NCBI RefSeq assembly: GCF_001194135.2
Contig: NC_068999.1
Coordinates: forward strand, 23,736,377 to 23,780,385
Source of the DNA: Octopus bimaculoides
Lineage: Eukaryota
Length of the DNA: 44,009 nucleotides
Reading direction: 5' to 3'
Each line of letters starts with the position of its first letter. Positions within the stretch are counted from its first letter, which is position 1. The notes under the pieces are model-generated. The model was not told the DNA's origin and ran no database searches. It saw only the letters and a list, made by a program, of their open reading frames with translations. The position numbers were made by a program, and so were the translations under genes. Of the stretch, positions 35,448 through 44,009 are shown piece after piece.

Positions 35448-35850
35448 ATGCATGAGTGGCTGTGTGGTGAGTGGCTTGCTTACCAACCACATGGTTCTGG
35501 GTTCATTCCCACTGCGTGGCACCTTGGGCAGGTGTTTTCTACTATAGCCTCGAGCCAACCAAAGTCTTGTGAGTCGATTTGGTAGACAGAAACTGAAGGA
35601 AGCCTGTCGTATATATGTATATATATGTATGTATGTGTGTGTATATGTTTGTATGTCTGTTTGTCCCCCCAACATTGCTTGACAACCGATGGTGGGGTGT
35701 TTGTATCCCCATGACTTAGCGGTTCAGCAAAGGAGACCGATAAAATAAGTACTAGGCTTACAAAGAATAAGTCCTCGGGTCGATTTGCTCGACTAAAGGT
35801 GGTGCTCCAGCATGGCCACAGTCAAATGACTGAAACAAGTAAAAGAGAGT
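35448..35850 (+). mobile_element. Family 1 SINE
   Basis: Head and tail motifs. Confidence 0.85.
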
Positions 35851-35979
35851 AAAAGAGAGAAAAGAGAGTTCAGTTCATTTAAGACTAGATTCAAGTTAGA
35901 GTGAGTGGTTTCATGTTCATGAAGTTTCAAAGTGCCATGGAGTTTGTGAATTGAAACATTCAGAAGAAAATATTGAAGA

Positions 35980-36657
35980 ACTCCAACTGTAGAAGAGTTG
36001 ATTACCAAGGTTTTCCCAAACATTGGCCATCATTTTCAAGATATTGATTGGCTTTGTGAAAGAGCCATACTTGCACCAAAGAATGAAACCGTCTGGGTTG
36101 TCAATTAAAAACTTAATGCAATCAATCAACACTGAAGAAAAAAATTATCTCTCAATTGATATTGTTGTAGACCCCAATGACGCTGTGAATTATCCTGCTG
36201 AGTTTAACTCTTTGGATCCTCCTGGAATGCCTTCTCACAAACTGACATTGAAGAAAGGAGTTCCAATCATGCTTTTGAAAAATTTGGATCCTCTAAATTG
36301 GGCAAAGTAACGAGATTGATTGTCAGGCAAATGCACCCACATCTTTTGGAAGCAACAATCCTCACTGGACAGGGAAAGGGAGAAAATATGTTTATTCCAA
36401 GAATTCCACTGATTCCAGCAAACAAGCCCTTTGAATTCAAGAGACTTCAAATACCAGAAAGAGTTAGTTTTGCAATGTCAATTAACAAGTGTCAAGGACA
36501 ATCACTGAAAATTGTTGGACTTCACCTCATGCAGCAGTGCTTTTCCCATGGTCAGCTCTGTGTTGGTTGTTCCAGAGTTGGAAATGACAACAACCTCTTC
36601 ATGCCCACATCAAATGGTAAAACCAAGAATGTTGTTTACCCTGCTGCTTTACAGTGA
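35980..36657 (+). mobile_element. Second, diverged Helitron PIF1-like helicase C-terminal remnant
   Basis: WLCERAILAPKNE; PPGMPSHKLTLKKGVPIMLLKNLDP; FAMSINKCQGQSL; FSHGQLCVGCSRVG. Confidence 0.92.
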
Positions 36658-36820
36658 TCTCCACATGTCACAATGATACAAAATTCTCCAAATGTGATAT
36701 TCTGTGATAGAAATCTGAGATGGTGGGATACTAATAAATGCTTTATTATTATTGCACTTTTTAGTTTTGGACTGCAGGCCCAATTATCCCTCTGTATAAG
36801 CCAGCTTAAAAGTCCACAAG

Positions 36821-36858
<38 letters not shown>

Positions 36859-37163
36859 ATACACACACACATATATATGCATACACACACACACAGTGAT
36901 GAAGGAGAGAGAACTGCATTGCACCAAATATAAAAATACACATTGAAAATTATTACAAAGGATTTCAATTCAAGTACACTACCTCATGCATACACCAACC
37001 ACAAGTACAATATCTCCTGTTATTGTGTCCTTGCTAGCAATCAATATTTACATACCAGTTGCTAGGAATGTGTTCAATATGTAAATTAGTCTATCTAATA
37101 GTGTTACACTGCTAAACTTAATGCATATTTAAGCAATGCATTCATGTATAGTTGGTGGGTTGG

Positions 37164-37215
37164 GTGTGGTGCTGATGAGAGAGCAAGAACTCTTGAAATA
37201 TGCATATACACCCAC
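37164..37215 (+). ncRNA. Type-I hammerhead ribozyme motif, canonical core (family F)
   Basis: gtg t ggtg CTGATGA GAGAG caagaa CTCTT GAA ATATGCATAT A cacc cac; palindromic stem III, AUA triplet. Confidence 0.75.
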
Positions 37216-37570
37216 TACCTACTTTTTTTTATTATCAATTCCATTGTTTACATAGACGTATTCATATACAAAACATTATAACTTTCAGTGCTGGCTCTGA
37301 ACTCTACAATAAATTTGTAGAGGTAAACTTAAAAATAAGAACATTGCACTGCTAACACAAAAGACACAATATTAACTTGTAAACCTTTAATAAACTTGGT
37401 ACTATAGTATGGTTGCAAAATAAAATATTGTATCCTTAATAACAATTAATATTTAGGTACCAGTTACCAGGAATGTGTTCAATATGTAAGTTGATTTATC
37501 CAATAGTGTTACACTGCTAAACTTAGTGGATATTTAAGCAATGCATTTGTGGATAGTTGGTGGGTTGGAT

Positions 37571-37617
37571 GTGTTGTTGTTGAAAGAGCAATAACTCTTG
37601 AAATATGCATATACACC
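37571..37617 (+). ncRNA. Degenerate hammerhead motif, family F second copy
   Basis: TTGTTGA AAGAG caataa CTCTT GAA ATATGCATAT A cacc; core altered. Confidence 0.45.
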
Positions 37618-38141
37618 TATTAATTATTTTTCTATCTTCGATCACATTGCTTACATAGACTATCACCTGCTACACTAACCAACATCTCTGATACTGAGTA
37701 ATTTGTCCAACTCATTTGCATTTCATCTCCCTTTTAAATTACATGATACAACCAACAGAATGTTGCTCATTCTTGCCTAGTTGCTGCATGATATTTGTAC
37801 GTCACTGGTCATGATTCTCTGTTATATTTCATTACACAGTCTGCCATTTCCACATGGAAAAAATCTATATCAATTCAATAACACAGTTTAAACTTCTAAC
37901 ACCTTCATATCCTAACATATCATATCACCAGCTTTATCCCAAACAGTCATGTTTGTATCAAAAATCTATACACTACTAGTTACAGCAAGAAAAATTCTTT
38001 GGTTGGCAAAATTAGCCCATCTGGTACAATGAAACTTGATTTGTTGTTGTCTATATAAACTATGTGTTTATTTGAGAATTAATTTGTAAATTCTTGCTTC
38101 ACTATAGTCACTAGTCTATTGAATAAAGAGAGATGGGGGAG

Positions 38142-38179
<38 letters not shown>

Positions 38180-39109
38180 ATATTCAGTTTCTCAAAATAT
38201 TATATTTATATAGAGGGGAATCAGTTCTTAAACATGAAGTAACTATTCCTCATTCCTTTCACCAAATTTGAAAGTAAACTCCTTTAATACAACAACAATA
38301 ATCAAGAAAGCTAGAATGATATTAAAGACTGACATTCCATTATAGTTTAGTTAGCAACGCCTTACATAAACATTCTAGCTAATGCATTATCAGTAAAAAA
38401 TGAATTATTCAAAATCAACACAGTTTACATATAAGCTACATTAATCCAGTTATGCCAAGTGTTGACTGATTTAAAACATTTTGGTGCCTAAGCAAAGGTA
38501 CAAAGTCCAGTTAAAGGTGACAAAAAGAAGTTAGCCAAATCATGATATTCAACACAGTCTGTTGATATAAAAGATATAAAGCCATGAAGATATAAAAGTT
38601 TTAATTAAAAGGAGAATATTTTCATCACCTCCTTATTCAGTAAATAGTTTCACCTTCTTAATTTCTCCTACAAAAAGGGGAAATTTACCTAAAAATGGTA
38701 TAAGTTTAATTTATTCCTGGTATGAAATTAAATAACTTATCACAATTTTAATCCTAATATTGGTTTCAGATTTAGGCACAAGGCCAGCAAGTTTCAAGGA
38801 GGAGCCAAGTCGATTAAACTGACCCTCAGTGCAACTAGTACTTATTTTATTGACCCTAAAAGAAAGAAGGTCAAAGTCAATTCAAACGGAATTTGAACTC
38901 ACAATGTAAAGACAGACAAACTGCCGCTAAGCATTTTGCCTGGCATGCTAATGATTCTGCCAGCTCACCACTTTGATTTTAATCCTAATATTGGCACCAA
39001 CCAATGGTAACAATTGTTAAATTCTTAAGGAAAACTATAATTTGTCATCTCCGTCATTTTCATCATTCAAGATGATTCTTCTTTAGATATTTTTTTATTC
39101 TTTTATTTT

Positions 39110-39480
39110 TTTCAGTCTTTAGACTGGGGCCATGCTAGGGCACTGCCTGGAAGAGTTTTAGTCAAATGAATTGACCCTAGTACTCATTTTTTAAACCTGG
39201 TACTTATTTTATCAGTCTTTTTTGCTAAGCTGCTAAGGAACATAGACAAGCCAACATCAGATGTCAAGCAGTGGCGATGAACATACATACATAACCACAC
39301 ACACACACACACAAACACACACAACAAACTTCTTTCAGTCTCTGTCAACCAAATCCACTAGCAAGGCTTTGGTTGGCCTGAGGTTATAGCAGAAGACACT
39401 TGCACAAAGAGCCACACACTGGGACTGAACCCAGAACCACATGGATGGGAAGCAAACTTCTTACCACACTGCCATACCTG
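39110..39480 (-). mobile_element. Family 1 SINE
   Basis: Reverse-complement tail and head. Confidence 0.8.
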
Positions 39481-39593
39481 CACCTTCACACAGCCACACC
39501 TGCACCTTCACACAGCCATGCCTGCACCTTCACAGTCATGACTGCACCTTCACACAGCCATTCCTGCACCTTCACACAGCCATTCCTGCACCT
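39477..39593. repeat. 22-bp minisatellite (cctgcaccttcacacagccaNN), ~5.5 copies
   Basis: Directly visible; unit matches the 5' terminus of the adjacent SINE. Confidence 0.9.
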
Positions 39594-40125
39594 ATGACTA
39601 ATAGTTTTATAAAGGTGTGATTTAATTATTGGTAATGATTACTAAAAGAATATCTTTAGATCACCATACTTGGGTCAAATTTATTCTGTTATAATGTTTG
39701 TTATAGAAGCAAGAATACGTACAACAGTTCTTTATAGTATATTCATTCTTAGAATTTCTCTGATGGTTTCGAATATAGACACAAGGCCAGCAATTTTTTT
39801 ATTATTTTAAGGGGAGCAGGTAAGCCAATACCATAAATAGCTGAACTTAAATTGACTGGTACTTAACTTTATCAACCCTGAAGGATGAAAGGCAAAGCTG
39901 ATCTCAGCAGGATTTGAACTCAGAACACTAAGAGCTGAGAAAAACTGCTTCATGGATTATAAAACAAAAATCTAATACTGAGTAGGAAACTAAAATTATA
40001 TAAGTTTATTATGAGTTGTATAAAAAAAAAATAACCTCACAAATCGTAAAAAAAAGGCAATTGGTGTCAGAAAGAAGACTTTAACAGTCTTACACACAGA
40101 GGCAGAGAAAGGAGTTAAGATTTAC

Positions 40126-40179
40126 TTATGAAAGCAGAATGATGACATGTAGGTAGTTAACCATTCAACTCTCATATCA
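40126..40179 (-). CDS. Candidate internal exon, unidentified
   Basis: ttttttatttttag acceptor, gtaaat donor, 54 nt, single open frame DMRVEWLTTYMSSFCFH. Confidence 0.2.
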
Positions 40180-40880
40180 CTAAAAATAAAAAAATAATGT
40201 AGAACAAATAAGAACATCTAAATATGTTTAAATAAAGTAATTCTAATTGAAGAAGAAGCAACAAAGGAGTGACAATGTTTCTTATTTAAATTTAATAAGA
40301 AAAAAAAGAGTTTTTCCACACCAAAATTACATAAAATGCATTTAAATATTGTGCTTTAAAATGGCTAAAAATACATTTCTTACAATTTTGTTTTATAAAT
40401 ATAGGGGGATTATACACCTTCAAATTATAATCTCAATGCTAAAAAAAAAAAAATTGAGTAAGAGACTGGAAAACAACAAACAGTTTTACATATACTAAAA
40501 ATAACAGAAAAAATGTCAGAAAACATCTATTATCAGCTAGCAACTATTTAGTATGTTCATTTAAATGAGGCGTAGTAAATAGTTTTGTCCTGAATGGAAT
40601 GCTTTAAGTAATACGCCAGAAAGGAATGCAAAAACAAATACATTACAGGTAAGACACTGTTGTGAATATTCAGGTCAAAACTTGAATATTTGGTTTTGTC
40701 AATAAAAGAACTTTTGAAAAGACTAAGTCTGAACAACATGTCTCAGTCTTTTGAAAGTAAGCTATGAAAGACATCAACAGTTAAAGTTCATGCAAACTTT
40801 AGAATACAAAAACAGAAAAGGGTTTTGAAAGAAAAATGCAGGTATTTCAATAAAAATATATTAGCTGTATGTATTATTAG

Positions 40881-40918
<38 letters not shown>

Positions 40919-41310
40919 CACATACATATGTATGTATGTGTGATGTATGTAGATATGTTTGTATATATGTATGCATGCATATAATATGAGATGTTATTGT
41001 GCAGGGAGTGTTTACTTGGTATTAAGCAAACTTCCCCTCTATAATAATATAAGTACAAATATTACATTGTATAATAACACATAAAGCTATATGCTTTTAT
41101 TTCAAATAACTATTTTTTTCTTTCATGCCTTCTTTAATAATCTATTCCTTTATAGTTAACACACACACAAAAGCCAGTTGATTTTGAATTCATATGTACT
41201 GGTTTAGAAAATATATAAGTAAATGGCCAGAATCAGAGATCCCAAGTGATGTATAGTTAAGGGAAGAAAAAGAAAACACTGAATATATTGTCTGTCACAC
41301 ATTTTAATAC

Positions 41311-41381
41311 CTTTCTCTGGCCCTGGCTGCCTTTAGTAAAGACCACTCTACTGCAAGCATTCAGACCAAGTTCTCCTCCCA
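41311..41381 (-). CDS. Candidate internal exon, unidentified
   Basis: tttttgtattctccatgtatag acceptor, aag/gtatta donor, single open frame GGELGLNACSRVVFTKGSQGQRK. Confidence 0.3.
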
Positions 41382-42029
41382 CTATACATGGAGAATACAA
41401 AAAGAGTTAGGAGCACTCTTTTACCTCCTTCGACTAAGCCACAAAGAAAAAAGAAAGTGCAGATCATTACAAGTATAATAAAGTAGCACAACTATGGTAT
41501 GCATGGTTCACATTGTTTCAAATCGATTATTAGAAGTGTACAGAGGAATAGTTTGAGCCTGACATACAAAACCTCTATATAATGTAATGTGTTTATGATT
41601 GTCATCATTGTTTGAACATCCACTTCTCCATGTTTGCATGGGTCACATGGAACTTATTGAGGTAGCTTCACCTATTTCCAAGCAAGGTAATATTTCCCCA
41701 TAACCAGACATGTTTTCACAGACTACTGGAAATGATTGACACTGTTTCTATGACGGTGAAACTCAATTACATCTATCACAAGATGACACGAACATATACA
41801 TATATCGCTACATAAAAAGCACTGGTGATGGTGCTATGTAAAAAGTACCCAATACATTCTGTAAAGTGGTAGGTATTAGGAAAGGCATCCAGCAGTAGAA
41901 ACCAAGCTGAAACAGACTATGGAACCTAATGTGGCCCCTAGCCTTGCCAGTTTCTGTCATGCCATCCAACCCATGCCATTATGGAGAACAGACATTAAAT
42001 GTTGATGATGATGATGATGATACATATAT

Positions 42030-42274
42030 ATGTTGTTGTATTTCAGGATGGTAATCAAATAAACACATGCACTATATATTCATTCTTCACTCGTTTATTA
42101 CTGTTCTTATTTTAACTCATGTCCATATTCTCAAAATCTTTCGTCACACATCTTTGACCTCTTCAGCAACACTTCCATCCTTGTGTGTGCTCCTGCTCCA
42201 TTTAGTCCATTCTGTTCTCCTATGATGTGTATCCCTATATACAAATGCATTTGCATCTGTATTTGCATGTGTGT

Positions 42275-42329
<55 letters not shown>

Positions 42330-43300
42330 ATGTGCATTTCCATGTCTAATGTTTCACATGTGTGCATAGGTGTATATATGGGCTTACACCCTTTATATTG
42401 TTGTCATCATTATTGTTGTTGTTCTTAGAAGCTCTATGACCCCCTCATCACCCCCTGTCCCCTGCAGAGCGGGCAGATCCCCTTTGCATCACTCTTTTTG
42501 ATGGCCTTGTACTTAGCCCTGGCTCCATTGTACACTCTAATCCTGTCCCTTTGATTGTAGCCTGAGAACTGCATGCAGTGGATGAAGTGTTGTATGTGTC
42601 TTTCCAATTTTATAGGGTTGCACATGCAAGAGATATTCCTCATTGTTCTCACCAAGTCTGCTATTAGAATATTAAACTTGACATTGTCCACAATAGCTGT
42701 GCTCTCGTGGACCAGGTATTTAGAGGCCATGGGTTTGGTATAGCGGCAGTGAAGGATCTGGATCTTACTCTTCTTGGGTTCCAGCCAGAGTTCCATGGCT
42801 AAAAATGGTAGCCTATAGTTTGGGTGCTTGTTAGGGTAGTTCATTATTACTTTAATAATTTGGTGGATGGAGTTAGCTATTTGTTGGGGCTACTAAGAAC
42901 AATGACGATAATGATGACAGCAATATAAAAGATGACAGCAATATAATGATGACAGCAATATAAAAGCCCATATATACACATAAGCACACATGCAAAACAC
43001 ATAGACGTGTATGCACACACACACACACACACACACATGTACACATACACACAAATACAGACGCAAATGCATCTGCATATAAGGATACACACCATAGACT
43101 AGAATGGACTAAGCAGAGCAGGAGCACATACAAAGACAGAAAGTGTCACTGAAGACATCACAGATGTGTGACAAAAGATTTCTGGACAATGAACATGAGT
43201 TAAAATAAGAACAGTAATAAACGAGTGAAGAACGAATATATAGTGCATGTCTTTATTTGGCAAAAAAAAGGAAAAAAATGACCATGCTGAAATACAACTA
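42030..43300. mobile_element. Penelope-like element: RT fragment between inverted family C terminal repeats
   Basis: Arms ~42030-42433 and ~42886-43300 are reverse complements; each carries an HHR-like motif (42133-42166 minus, 43144-43188 plus). Confidence 0.85.
42434..42844 (-). pseudogene. PLE reverse transcriptase C-terminal (thumb) fragment
   Basis: RLPFLAMELW...RYTKPMASKYLVHESTA...DLVRTMRNIS...MQFSGYNQRDR...GICPLCR. Confidence 0.8.
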
Positions 43301-43333
43301 TATCTCTTTCAACACACCGTTTCACATCATAAA

Positions 43334-43394
<61 letters not shown>

Positions 43395-44009
43395 GTAGAC
43401 GTACATACCTGTACGTATATATATGCATATACTCATTTATTTGTTTTACATGATCGAACGCCTGCGTCATCCCTGTTGTAAGTAGTTGTTTCAACTTTAT
43501 ATTTTCTGACGCGACTATCTCTTTCTCTATCACTTTTTCCCCCTCTTGTTCTTCCTCTGTTACTACTACGTATCTCTCTTTACCCCTCTCGTTCTTCCTT
43601 CTGTTACTACTATATTCCTCTCTTTCTCTCTTTCTCTCGTTGCTCACCTATTCTTCAACTTCTTTCCTTTGTTTCTCCCCCTACCACTCTCTCTCTCTCT
43701 CTTCCTTACCCCTGCCTGGTCACATGCTTCCGGTCACTAATCCTTTTCTTCCTTGGCTATCGCCGAGCAAACACACGAACTTACTGCATCCCTACTTTCA
43801 GTTCGTGCCTCACAGCGTTCATATACACATAATTTTTCACATCTGGCTGCATAGCCTTTTCCGTTTGTTTTCCTGTCTTGTTTTCTTTTCCATTTGTTTT
43901 CCTGTCTTGTTTTTTGTTCGCCACTACATTCCTCCATGGCACAGGTTTAATTTGTGTATACAAATTTAATTTGCGGTCCATGGGAAGAGCCGTTTTAACG
44001 ATGCGCCCT

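Larger units (their letters stand above)
37020..37659 (+). mobile_element. Pair of ~235-bp direct repeats (37020-37257, 37426-37659), each with a hammerhead motif
   Basis: Repeats align by eye; HHR cleavage positions 37208 and 37613 are 405 nt apart. Confidence 0.8.

Noticed and set aside
38633-38667. Terminal exon GEIKKVKLFTE* (minus)
   Set aside because: Good acceptor but very short, unrecognised and not linkable to other exons
1-44009. tRNA, rRNA, CRISPR or prokaryotic operon features
   Set aside because: tRNA-like boxes are SINE heads; no spacer arrays or prokaryotic gene organisation

Overview
AT-rich eukaryotic genomic DNA with four assembly gaps. The SINE families, (TA)n/(CA)n/(GAT)n microsatellites and repeat content resemble an octopus (coleoid cephalopod) genome; that taxonomic call is an inference. 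Most of the window is decayed transposons: tRNA-derived SINEs, RTE, R4/Dong-like and CR1/L2/Jockey-group LINE fragments, Penelope-like elements (PLEs), Tc1/mariner and maT (DD37D) remnants, two Helitron helicase fragments and MITEs. Only one cellular coding exon is confidently recognisable, an internal RABL2 exon (20421-20518, minus); its neighbouring exons were not found by eye. The main unexplained structure is a set of ten minimal type-I hammerhead-ribozyme (HHR) motifs in six sequence families, some with an intact core and some decayed. These include a family with a CUGUUGA core variant, a retrozyme-like pair of HHR-bearing direct repeats 405 nt apart, and a fold-back whose breakpoint lies inside an HHR. 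Several long inverted duplications are also present. Repeat boundaries were placed by eye and are approximate; no database searches were run.
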